Virus record (IMG/VR): IMGVR_UViG_2778261231_000013
Direction: 5' to 3' (one strand)
Source: a virus
Lineage: Duplodnaviria > Heunggongvirae > Uroviricota > Caudoviricetes
Length of the DNA stretch: 9,255 nt
The notes beneath the pieces are model-generated. The model did not search any database, was not told the origin of the DNA, and worked only from the letters and a program-made list of their open reading frames with translations. Position 1 is the stretch's first letter. Each line of letters opens with the position of its first letter. Shown one piece after another: positions 1 to 7,258 of this stretch. A program made the translations under genes and the position numbers.

Positions 1-243
1 TTACAGTGCCAGCGATAGCTGATCTTCGCCGTGGTGACTTCGTGGAAAAGCTTCTTGTGGCACCATCGCGCCTGGCGCTGGCTGGGTCTGGTTTAGTGAA
101 CCGTCTATTTCCGTCATGCTGGTGAAACAGTACCCGCACAACATATTTTGACACTGGTGATAGCTGCGCCGTACAAGCAAACTCAGCTCAACGCTGGTTC
201 TGGTTTTTGCTATTGCACGGCAGCGAGGACAGCGCATTGCCAT
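1..243 (-). CDS. ogr: Ogr/Delta-family zinc-finger late transcription activator
   Basis: 80-codon ORF with stop at 1-3. Translation carries the Cys-X2-Cys ... Cys-X4-Cys pattern (CPRC ... CQNMLC) and the RTS and YHQCQN motifs I recall from P2 Ogr. It lies immediately downstream of D on the same strand, as in P2. GGAGG (minus strand, 251-255) sits 7 nt upstream of the ATG at 243; a second in-frame ATG is at 237. Confidence 0.85.
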   Translation of the reverse strand: MAMRCPRCRAIAKTRTSVELSLLVRRSYHQCQNMLCGYCFTSMTEIDGSLNQTQPAPGAMVPQEAFPRSHHGEDQLSLAL

Positions 244-291
244 ACGCGGGCCTCCTTTCAGGACTGGTTAATATCAACGCAAGTATAACGC

Positions 292-1410
292 TTAAGACGT
301 TGAATCGTCACTCTCCGCTGTCCAGTCGTCGATTTTTACTTCCAGTTCCAGCGACGTGGTAAACCCTCCCCCACCAATATCATGAACACACCGCGTTATC
401 GTCCAGTTCCCACTGTCGATCGTGGACTTAAAGCCGTAGACGCTGGCGGGCTGTTCCGGGTACAAATCTGCGCGGCCACGCGCCAGGGTGATGCTGAACG
501 TCGCTGCCCCGCGCTGCAACTCCCGCCACTTAGCCGCTGCGGCACGCTTTGCCGCCTTTTCCGTCTTGAAGGTTTTACGGATAACAAAAACGTTGCCTTC
601 GGCCCCGGCCAGATAATCCCCTTCTTTTTTGCTTGATGCTGGTTCTTTCTTTTTGGCCTGGCTGGTTCGTCGCCTGCGGGTGGTTTTCTTCACGGTAGTG
701 GATGGTTTCTTGCCAAAGTTGAGATCAAGCCAGTATGCAGTTACGCCCGTGTACGCGTCGCGGTCAGCTACGTTAAACCGATGTTTATCACCGCATGACC
801 GGACTATCTCGATCACCGGCAGCGGCTTGCCGCTCTGCGTCACTCCCTTGCCCGGCGTGATAAACAGAAGCATACCGTTTTTAATGGTTGCCACCGCGCC
901 CAGCATTTCGGCCATGCGCGTTAAGAAGCTGATATCTGATTCACTCGTCTGATCGGCGTGGTCTATCTCAATCTTCGCCAGTTCTTCGCTGACGCCCGCA
1001 CGCAGATCGTAGCGGCTGGCAATGCTGGCGACCACGTCCCCCACGGTAATATCGTGCCAGCTATATTCCCGCTTCACGTTAAAGGTATCGCGGAAATCTG
1101 CGCTTCTGGCACTGATCGTTAGCTGGTCAGGCGGGCCAGAGTGTCCGATCTCGTCAACCGTATACACGCCCTTAAAAACCAATGGATCATTATCCCAGCC
1201 CAGCGCCACCGATATCTTTGCGCCGCGTGATGGTAAGGCTACCTGCCCGTCTGCATCATCCAGAGTCAGATCCAGCGTGTCCGCTTCAAAGCCCCGGTTA
1301 TCTGTCAGGGAAAGGGAGATCAGCCGGTTATCCAGCGCCGTAAGCTCCTTACCTTCAATCTCAATACTGAACGCCGGGCGCGGCGAATATCGGTTTTCTG
1401 TCGTGTCCAT
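292..1410 (-). CDS. gpD: Tail protein D (P2 gpD-like late control gene D / baseplate hub-type protein)
   Basis: 372-aa ORF of the size and general sequence character of P2 gpD. It directly precedes ogr on the same strand, the P2 D-ogr arrangement. AAGGGG Shine-Dalgarno on the minus strand just upstream of the ATG at 1410. Confidence 0.85.
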   Translation of the reverse strand: MDTTENRYSPRPAFSIEIEGKELTALDNRLISLSLTDNRGFEADTLDLTLDDADGQVALPSRGAKISVALGWDNDPLVFKGVYTVDEIGHSGPPDQLTISARSADFRDTFNVKREYSWHDITVGDVVASIASRYDLRAGVSEELAKIEIDHADQTSESDISFLTRMAEMLGAVATIKNGMLLFITPGKGVTQSGKPLPVIEIVRSCGDKHRFNVADRDAYTGVTAYWLDLNFGKKPSTTVKKTTRRRRTSQAKKKEPASSKKEGDYLAGAEGNVFVIRKTFKTEKAAKRAAAAKWRELQRGAATFSITLARGRADLYPEQPASVYGFKSTIDSGNWTITRCVHDIGGGGFTTSLELEVKIDDWTAESDDSTS

Positions 1411-1477
1411 ATCAACCCCTTCATCATGATGGGGTACATCGTCGCCACGCGCGCGCGCATGAACAACGCCCCGTCAT

Positions 1478-1495
1478 TGTTGCAGGTTGCTGACA
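1478..1495. promoter_or_regulatory. Candidate Ogr-responsive late-promoter operator (TGT-N12-ACA dyad) in the divergent D/FI intergenic region
   Basis: The sequence TGTtgcaggttgctgACA at 1478-1495 matches the TGT-N12-ACA dyad described for P2/P4 late promoters (normally centred near -55). Its centre is about 81 bp upstream of the FI ATG; a weak -10-like GATATT lies at 1533-1538. No experimental support is available from sequence alone. Confidence 0.5.
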
Positions 1496-1567
1496 ACCCT
1501 TATCCATCGCATCGGCCCGCCATTGCCGCAATGATATTCGCAGTCATTAAACTGGCGAGGCAAATAC

Positions 1568-2761
1568 ATGGCCACTAACTACCATCACGGTGTTACCGTC
1601 ACGGAAACCACCGACCTTAGCACGATGATCACCGACATTGATTCGGCGGTGATCGGCGTTGTCTGCACCGCTGATGATGCGGACGAAACAGCGTTCCCGC
1701 TGGATACCCCTGTACTGATTACCCGCGTGGCTAACATGCTGGGCAAGGCAGGTAAAACCGGCACCCTGTTTACCACCCTGAAAGCGATTTCAGACCAGAC
1801 CAGCCCGCAAACCATTGTGATCCGCGTTGCTGATGCTGCAAATATCAAACCGCCAGAAGGCGGCACCGCACAGACTCAGGATCAACTGGTTATTGGCGGC
1901 ACCGATGCAAACGGGCGCTTTACCGGCATGTACGCGCTGCTGTCTGCCGAAATGCGCGTAGGTGTGCGCCCGCGTGTACTGGCTGTTCCTGGGCTTGATA
2001 CGGAAGCGGTAGCCGCACAACTCGGCGTCATTGCCGAAAAGCTGCGCGCGTTTGCTTACGTGGCAGCGAACGGCTGCAACACAATCGCCGAAGTGAAGGT
2101 ATACCGCGAGCAATTCTCCCAGCGTGAAATGATGGTTATCTGGCCTAATTTCATCTGCTACGACACCAACGCCGGGGCTAATGCCACCGTGCCCGTGGGT
2201 GCCCATGCTGTTGGGATGCGCGCCAAAATCGACGCAACGCAGGGCTGGCATAAAACCATTTCCAACGTGCCCGTTAATAACGTGCTGGGGATGGATCGGG
2301 ATATCTATTTCACGTTGCAGGGCACCGATACCGACGCCGACGAACTGAACGCAGCAGGTGTTACCACGCTGATCAAGCAGGACGGCTACCGCATCTGGGG
2401 ATCACGTACCTGCGACGCGGAAACGTATATCTTCGAAAGCTATACCCGAACCGCGCAGATTGTTGCGGATACCGTCGCCGAAGCCCATTTCGCCTATGTT
2501 GATAAACCGCTTACCCCGTCGCTGGTAAAGGACATTGTGGACGGCATCAATAAGAAGCTGACCTCATATGTGACGGCTGGCAAGCTGCTGGGCGCCCGCT
2601 GCTGGTATGACCCAGAACCGAATACCTCGGAAACTCTGCGCAATGGTCAACTGACCATTAAGTACAACTACACCCCTGTTCCACCGCTGGAAAATCTCAG
2701 CCTGGTACAGGAGTTCACCGACGAATATTTCGCTACGTTTTCCAGCGCAGTGAATAACTAA
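1568..2761 (+). CDS. gpFI: Contractile tail sheath protein (P2 gpFI-like)
   Basis: 397-aa ORF, the size of P2 FI, with an N-terminal ...YHHGV... segment as I recall for P2-type sheath proteins. GAGG 7 nt upstream of the ATG. Followed 12 nt later by the tail tube gene, as in P2. Confidence 0.9.
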   Translation: MATNYHHGVTVTETTDLSTMITDIDSAVIGVVCTADDADETAFPLDTPVLITRVANMLGKAGKTGTLFTTLKAISDQTSPQTIVIRVADAANIKPPEGGTAQTQDQLVIGGTDANGRFTGMYALLSAEMRVGVRPRVLAVPGLDTEAVAAQLGVIAEKLRAFAYVAANGCNTIAEVKVYREQFSQREMMVIWPNFICYDTNAGANATVPVGAHAVGMRAKIDATQGWHKTISNVPVNNVLGMDRDIYFTLQGTDTDADELNAAGVTTLIKQDGYRIWGSRTCDAETYIFESYTRTAQIVADTVAEAHFAYVDKPLTPSLVKDIVDGINKKLTSYVTAGKLLGARCWYDPEPNTSETLRNGQLTIKYNYTPVPPLENLSLVQEFTDEYFATFSSAVNN

Positions 2762-2773
2762 CCGGGGGCGCTT

Positions 2774-3289
2774 ATGGCACTGCCTAAGAAACTCAAATAT
2801 TTCAATATGTTCTTTGACGGGGATAACTACTTCGGCATGGTGCCGGAAATCACCCCCGCCAAACTCACCAAAAAAACGGAAGACTACCAGGCGGGTGGTA
2901 TGCCGGGTTCGGTTGCGGTGGATCTTGGCTTCGACGCTGGCGCCCTGGATATGGATATCACGCTTGGCGGTCTGGATGCCGGATTGCTGAAAAAATGGGG
3001 CGTTACCACTGCGGACGGGATGCAAACACGTTTTGCTGGCTCCTATCAGGACGACGCAACCGGCGACGCTGTACCGTGCGAAATCCAGACGCGTGGCCGC
3101 TTCACTGAACTGGATCCCGGTTCGGCAAAAGTCGGGGATGACACTTCGCATAAGTACACCCTGAAAAACACCTATTACAAGCTGACCATCAACGGCGAAG
3201 AGATCATCGAAGTTGATGTGCTCAACATGATCTACAAAGTTGCCGGTGTGGATGTGCTGGAAAAACACCGCGCTAACATCGGCCTATAA
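2774..3289 (+). CDS. gpFII: Tail tube protein (P2 gpFII-like)
   Basis: 171-aa ORF starting MALPKKLKYFNMF and ending ...RANIGL, colinear with my recollection of P2 FII (about 172 aa). Lies immediately after the sheath gene. Confidence 0.9.
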   Translation: MALPKKLKYFNMFFDGDNYFGMVPEITPAKLTKKTEDYQAGGMPGSVAVDLGFDAGALDMDITLGGLDAGLLKKWGVTTADGMQTRFAGSYQDDATGDAVPCEIQTRGRFTELDPGSAKVGDDTSHKYTLKNTYYKLTINGEEIIEVDVLNMIYKVAGVDVLEKHRANIGL

Positions 3290-3303
3290 GGAAACCCGGC
3301 ACC

Positions 3304-3639
3304 ATGAGCAAGACCAAAGAAAACACCGTTATTCTTACCGCCCCTATTACGCGCGGTAAGACCAAAATCACCGAAGTGGCGATCACTTCCGTGCTTAAAC
3401 AGGCTGGATCACTGCGCGGCTTAAAAGCCTATGACGTGCTGACTTCCAACTATGACGCGCTGGTTATTCTGCTGCCCCGCGTTACCGCTCCGGCACTAAC
3501 CGCCGATGAGATTGCCCGTATGGATACTTGGGATTTTTGCCAGCTAGCCAACGCGGTGGTTGATTTTTTGCAACCCTCTTCGGATCTGACCGCGACGGAT
3601 ACGGGCAACGAATCATCCGATGCCCCTGCGAACGCATAG
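3304..3639 (+). CDS. gpE: Tail assembly chaperone (P2 gpE-like), zero-frame product
   Basis: 111-aa ORF between the tube and tape-measure genes, the position of P2 E. AAGGAAA upstream of the ATG. Contains the T_TTT_TTG slippery heptamer at 3564-3570. Confidence 0.8.
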   Translation: MSKTKENTVILTAPITRGKTKITEVAITSVLKQAGSLRGLKAYDVLTSNYDALVILLPRVTAPALTADEIARMDTWDFCQLANAVVDFLQPSSDLTATDTGNESSDAPANA

Positions 3640-3764
3640 AAGACCTGATGGCAGATATCGCCGTCATATTCCACTGGCGGCCGGTAGAGATGGACGCCAT
3701 GACGGTACAGGAAATACTGTTATGGCGTGATCAGGCGGCTGCGCGCAGTGGTGGAGATAACTAA
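3304..3764 (+). CDS. gpE+E': Tail assembly chaperone E+E' fusion made by programmed -1 ribosomal frameshift (predicted, about 153 aa)
   Basis: After slippage on T_TTT_TTG (3564-3570) the -1 frame is open for 64 codons (ATLFGSDRDGYGQRIIRCPCERIEDLMADIAVIFHWRPVEMDAMTVQEILLWRDQAAARSGGDN) and ends at TAA 3762-3764, which abuts the T start at 3765. This fills an otherwise unexplained 125-bp gap and mirrors the P2 E/E' arrangement. Confidence 0.7.
3564..3570 (+). other. -1 programmed frameshift slippery heptamer T_TTT_TTG
   Basis: Zero-frame codons GAT-TTT-TTG (D-F-L) give the X_XXY_YYZ pattern with X=T, Y=T, Z=G, the heptamer reported for P2 E/E'. Confidence 0.7.
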
Positions 3765-6692
3765 ATGGCAGACCGCAATTTAAATATCAGGGTGGCATTC
3801 AGCGCCCTGAATAATATGTCCCGCCCTGTCAACGCGGCGCGCCAGAGTGCCGCCGCGTTGGCGTCTCAAATCAACCAGACTAAAACCAGCATTAAAGGGC
3901 TTGAGCGTCAGGCAACCAGCTTTGACCGCCTCACCGCAGCCAATAAAAAAACCACCGAACAACTGGCCCAGGCGAAAGAACAGGCCCGGCAAATGGCGGC
4001 GGCTTATGGCCCGTTACGCCAGCGCAGCGCCGAACAGGTTGCCGCCCTCAATCAGCAACGTGCAGCCATTCGCCAGTTAACCCAGCAGCAGAAAGGCGAG
4101 CAGACGCAGCTTAACCAGTTGCGGGCCAGCTTCTACAGCGAAGGCATTGCGATCAGCAGCGCCAGCCGGGCGACGGAACAGATCAACCAGCGCACCGCGC
4201 AATACAACCGCCAGCTTGCCGAACAGCAGCGACGGCTTGACGCTGTTAACCAGGCGCAGGCCCGTTACAGCCGCGCCAAAGAAACCGGCGAAAAGATGAT
4301 GAGCGGGGGGATGAAAAGCGCCGCAGTAGGGGCGGCAACCCTAGCACCTGTCGCCGCTGCGGTTAAATCCTACAGCAGCCTTGAAGACGCCATGAAAGGC
4401 GTAGCCAAACAGGTAAACGGCTTGCGTGACGACAGCGGCAACCGCACCCCGCAATATGAAGAAATGCAGCGGGCGATCATGGATGCCAGCGAAAAGCTGC
4501 CAATGGCAAACGGTGCTGTTGACTATGCCGCACTGGTCGAAGGCGGCGCACGTATGGGCGTAGCAAACATCGATGATCCGTGGGAAAAACAAAAAGCCGA
4601 TCTGCTGTCTTTCGCCAGCATGGCGGCAAAGGCTTCTGTTGCCTTTGAACTTCCCGCCGACCAGCTTTCTGAAAGTCTCGGTAAGATTGCCGGGCTGTAT
4701 AAAATCCCTACCCAGAATATTGAACAGTTAGGCGACGCCATAAACTACCTGGACGATAACGCGAAGTCGAAAGGCTCCGATATTATCGACGTGCTCCAGC
4801 GCGTTGGCGGACTTGCCAGCCAACTGGATTACAAGCAAGCCGCCGCGCTGGGTTCCACCTTTCTGACGCTCGGCACCCCTGCCGAAGTTGCCGCCAGCGC
4901 CACCAATGCAATGGTGCGCGAACTCTCAATCGCTACGGTTCAGGGCAAAAACTTTATGCAGGGTCTGGACGCCCTCGGCCTCAGCGCCGAAAAAGTTCAG
5001 AAGAGCATGTCAGTGGACGCGATGGGCACAATCATTTCAGTGCTGGAAGCGTCCAAAAAACTGGCCCCGGATCAGCAGGTAGCCAACCTTACCCAGATTT
5101 TCGGCAAAGAGTTCGGCGATGATGCGCAGAAACTTGCGAACAATCTGCCCGAACTACGCCGCCAGATAGAACTGACGCAGGGCGCAGCCGCTAAAGGATC
5201 CATGAATCGGGAATCGGATATCAACAAAGCTTCCCTTTCTGCTCAGTGGCAACTGACCAAAACCGGCGCGGTTAACGCATTCAGTTCAGCAGGGGAAACG
5301 CTCCGCGAACCGCTGATGGATATCATGCTTACTGTCAGTAAGGTGGTTGGCAGCGTCCGCCGCTGGGTTGAGGCAAACCCGGCGTTGGTTGGTTCAATCA
5401 TGAAAGTCACCGCAGCCATAGGCGCGTTGCTGGTTGTCGTGGGCGGTCTGATGCTGTCCATTGGTGCGGTACTCGGCCCAATGGCACTTGTTCGCCTCAG
5501 CTTCACCACGTTGGCCGGGGAAGGAGGAATAGCGCGGCTGACTGGCGGCGTAATGCGCCTGGGTGGTGCGTTCCAGTGGCTTGCTGGCTCGCCTATGCAG
5601 GCATTGTTAAGCGCCGGTCGCATGGTATTCGGCCCGCTTATCACGCTACTGGCTGGCATTTCTGCGCCCGTCTGGGGGCTGATTGCTCTCTTTTCTGCGG
5701 CAGCTGTGGCCGTCATTAAATTCTGGCAACCGATTAAGGCATTTTTCAGCGGGTTCTTTACCGGGCTGATGGCTGGCCTTCAACCTATCACGCAGGCATT
5801 TAACGCCGTATTTGCACCGCTGGCCCCGATTTTTGACAGTATCGGCAACGCGATCAGCGGCGTCTGGGAGTGGTTTACCAAACTGCTGGAACCGATCCAG
5901 TTTTCCAGCGAAGCGCTGGCATCCTGTACCAGTGCAGGGGAAACATTCGGCAAGGTGGTAGGGGGTGCAATCAGCGCGCTGACTCTTCCCATTCAGTCCG
6001 TAGCCAAAGGGCTGGGCTGGATTCTGGAAAAGCTTGGCGCCATTCCCGACGCAGCGAAAGCAGCGCAGCAGGTTGCGCAGCAAATGACGCCGGAAGCGGT
6101 CAACAATCTGGCAGACCGGGTTAACGCCTTTTCCGGTGACGTGCAGGCAGTCGCGAAGGAAAGCAAAAAAGCCGAAGAGAAAAAGAAAACCGATGAGCAG
6201 AAGAAACAGGACAACCTGATTAACTCGCTCAAAGGCCCGGCCAACATCGTGCCGAAGATGAGCAGTAGCTTGGACAAAATCGCCACCAATACCACGGAGA
6301 AGAAAGACGGCCCCGGCGAAATTGTCTTCAAGAATAAGCAGCCCTATATCCCGATCCGTGGCGGATATTCGGAACCTCTTAAGCAGGCACAGCGCCAGCT
6401 ACCATCCCTTACCGATTGGGTGACGCAGCAGGCCGGATCGCTGATCGCTTCCGTTACCCCCTGGCAGGTTGAGAAGCCCGCCGCCCGGGTGCCCGTTTCG
6501 GCGTCGCCGTCTGCGGCCTCCGTCGCTGCGCTGATGCCTGCACCGGGTGGCGATGTATATAACCTTAACTTCGACTTTAGCGGCCAGAAACTGGATGAAG
6601 AAACCATTATCAGGCGCGTGCGCGAAGAACTTGCGTTAGCGAAGCAGCAGGCCGACCGGCGCAAGCGTTCCCAACTGACCGATCACGTCTAA
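3765..6692 (+). CDS. gpT: Tail tape measure protein (P2 gpT-like)
   Basis: 975-aa ORF in the position of P2 T. Q/A-rich coiled-coil-like N-terminal third, central hydrophobic segments (for example ALVGSIMKVTAAIGALLVVVGGLMLSIGAVLGPMALV), and a charged K/E-rich patch, all typical of tape measure proteins. Confidence 0.9.
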   Translation: MADRNLNIRVAFSALNNMSRPVNAARQSAAALASQINQTKTSIKGLERQATSFDRLTAANKKTTEQLAQAKEQARQMAAAYGPLRQRSAEQVAALNQQRAAIRQLTQQQKGEQTQLNQLRASFYSEGIAISSASRATEQINQRTAQYNRQLAEQQRRLDAVNQAQARYSRAKETGEKMMSGGMKSAAVGAATLAPVAAAVKSYSSLEDAMKGVAKQVNGLRDDSGNRTPQYEEMQRAIMDASEKLPMANGAVDYAALVEGGARMGVANIDDPWEKQKADLLSFASMAAKASVAFELPADQLSESLGKIAGLYKIPTQNIEQLGDAINYLDDNAKSKGSDIIDVLQRVGGLASQLDYKQAAALGSTFLTLGTPAEVAASATNAMVRELSIATVQGKNFMQGLDALGLSAEKVQKSMSVDAMGTIISVLEASKKLAPDQQVANLTQIFGKEFGDDAQKLANNLPELRRQIELTQGAAAKGSMNRESDINKASLSAQWQLTKTGAVNAFSSAGETLREPLMDIMLTVSKVVGSVRRWVEANPALVGSIMKVTAAIGALLVVVGGLMLSIGAVLGPMALVRLSFTTLAGEGGIARLTGGVMRLGGAFQWLAGSPMQALLSAGRMVFGPLITLLAGISAPVWGLIALFSAAAVAVIKFWQPIKAFFSGFFTGLMAGLQPITQAFNAVFAPLAPIFDSIGNAISGVWEWFTKLLEPIQFSSEALASCTSAGETFGKVVGGAISALTLPIQSVAKGLGWILEKLGAIPDAAKAAQQVAQQMTPEAVNNLADRVNAFSGDVQAVAKESKKAEEKKKTDEQKKQDNLINSLKGPANIVPKMSSSLDKIATNTTEKKDGPGEIVFKNKQPYIPIRGGYSEPLKQAQRQLPSLTDWVTQQAGSLIASVTPWQVEKPAARVPVSASPSAASVAALMPAPGGDVYNLNFDFSGQKLDEETIIRRVREELALAKQQADRRKRSQLTDHV

Positions 6693-6702
6693 GGGCAATA
6701 TC

Positions 6703-7152
6703 ATGATGATGATTCTGGGGATGTTCCCCTTTTCACTGCAAACCACGCCTTACCAGAGTGCGAATAAAACCAACTCCTGGCGGCACGTCAAAAACGATCG
6801 CGTGGGGAAATCCCCGCGCTATCAGTTCATCGGCGCAGATGAAGAACCGTTCGTACTCAGCGGCACGCTGTACCCCGAAATAAGCGGCGGTGATGTGTCG
6901 CTTGTCATGCTGGAAACTATGGCTTTTTCCGGGCGCCCGTGGCCCCTGATAGAAGGCACGGGCAGGATCTACGGCATGTATGTCATTGAGCAGATCACGC
7001 AAAACCGGACGGAATTTTTTAAGGACGGGAAGGCAAAGAAAATTGATTTTACGCTCAACCTGAAACGGGTAAGCGAGGACATACGGGAAAAGCTGGCTGA
7101 AACAACTACCGACGATCTCTTCTCTCTGGTGAAAACCAACCTTTCGATATAA
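6703..7152 (+). CDS. gpU: Tail protein U (P2 gpU-like)
   Basis: 149-aa ORF starting MMMILGMF, with SWRH, VGK and TGG motifs matching my recollection of P2 gpU (which also starts MMM). Lies directly after T. AAGGG 7 nt upstream of the ATG. Confidence 0.85.
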   Translation: MMMILGMFPFSLQTTPYQSANKTNSWRHVKNDRVGKSPRYQFIGADEEPFVLSGTLYPEISGGDVSLVMLETMAFSGRPWPLIEGTGRIYGMYVIEQITQNRTEFFKDGKAKKIDFTLNLKRVSEDIREKLAETTTDDLFSLVKTNLSI

Positions 7153-7155
7153 GAA

Positions 7156-7175
7156 AAGCGGGCCTTTGCCCGCTT
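7156..7175. terminator. GC-rich hairpin between convergent U and invertase genes (candidate bidirectional intrinsic terminator)
   Basis: AAGCGGGC (7156-7163), loop CTTT, GCCCGCTT (7168-7175) form a perfect 8-bp stem. An A-rich run precedes it on the plus strand, which gives a U-rich tail for minus-strand transcripts; the plus-strand tail (CGTCTTCC) is less U-rich. Confidence 0.5.
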
Positions 7176-7258
7176 CGTCTTCCGGAACACACCGCCATAA
7201 CTGACCGTGCTACAGCACCGTTAAAAATGACTGTACTCGATACGCACGGCCAGCACGG

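Noticed and set aside
561-592. Partial hix-like half-site (CTTGAA..GGTTTTACGGATAA) inside gene D
   Set aside because: Only one half resembles the Din-family consensus and the spacing is wrong. It lies within coding sequence; likely chance.
382-1429. Three plus-strand ORFs (382-636, 629-952, 1022-1429) and one short minus-strand ORF (396-587)
   Set aside because: All lie inside the tail protein D gene, antisense or out of frame to it, with no ribosome-binding sites or family features. Treated as spurious.
1422-1431. Perfect 10-bp palindrome CATCATGATG just upstream of the D start codon
   Set aside because: Several 10-bp perfect palindromes are expected by chance in 9 kb, and it overlaps the D ribosome-binding region. 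No basis to call it an operator.
1411-1567. Search for accessory, defence or moron cargo at the position where P2 carries its Z/fun hotspot (just upstream of FI), and elsewhere between tail genes
   Set aside because: The D-FI intergenic region is only 157 bp and other gaps are 80 bp or less, apart from the E' region. No nuclease, reverse transcriptase, toxin-antitoxin or other cargo ORF is present, so I do not claim a novel defence system.
2564-3268. 234-aa minus-strand ORF spanning the 3' end of FI and all of FII
   Set aside because: It is antisense to two strongly supported tail genes. Long antisense ORFs are common in GC-rich coding DNA, and the translation shows no recognisable family features.
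3450-3700. Two minus-strand ORFs (3450-3674, 3482-3700) over the E to T interval
   Set aside because: They are antisense to E and to the E' frameshift extension, which explains this interval better.
5244-5263. CCAAAACCGG motif inside the tape-measure gene resembling a crossover half-site
   Set aside because: There is no matching inverted half at the required 2-bp spacing (GGTT is displaced by 5 nt).
3780-6664. Multiple short ORFs on both strands inside the tape-measure gene (for example 5243-5716 and 5646-6083 on minus, 5870-6124 on plus)
   Set aside because: They sit inside a continuous 975-aa tape-measure ORF with clear family character. Their translations are low-complexity and Pro/Arg/Ser-rich, typical of off-frame reading of GC-rich DNA.
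6733-7190. Minus-strand ORFs 6733-7002 and 6969-7190 overlapping gene U
   Set aside because: Antisense to the well-supported U gene; the second runs through the terminator hairpin. No supporting signals.
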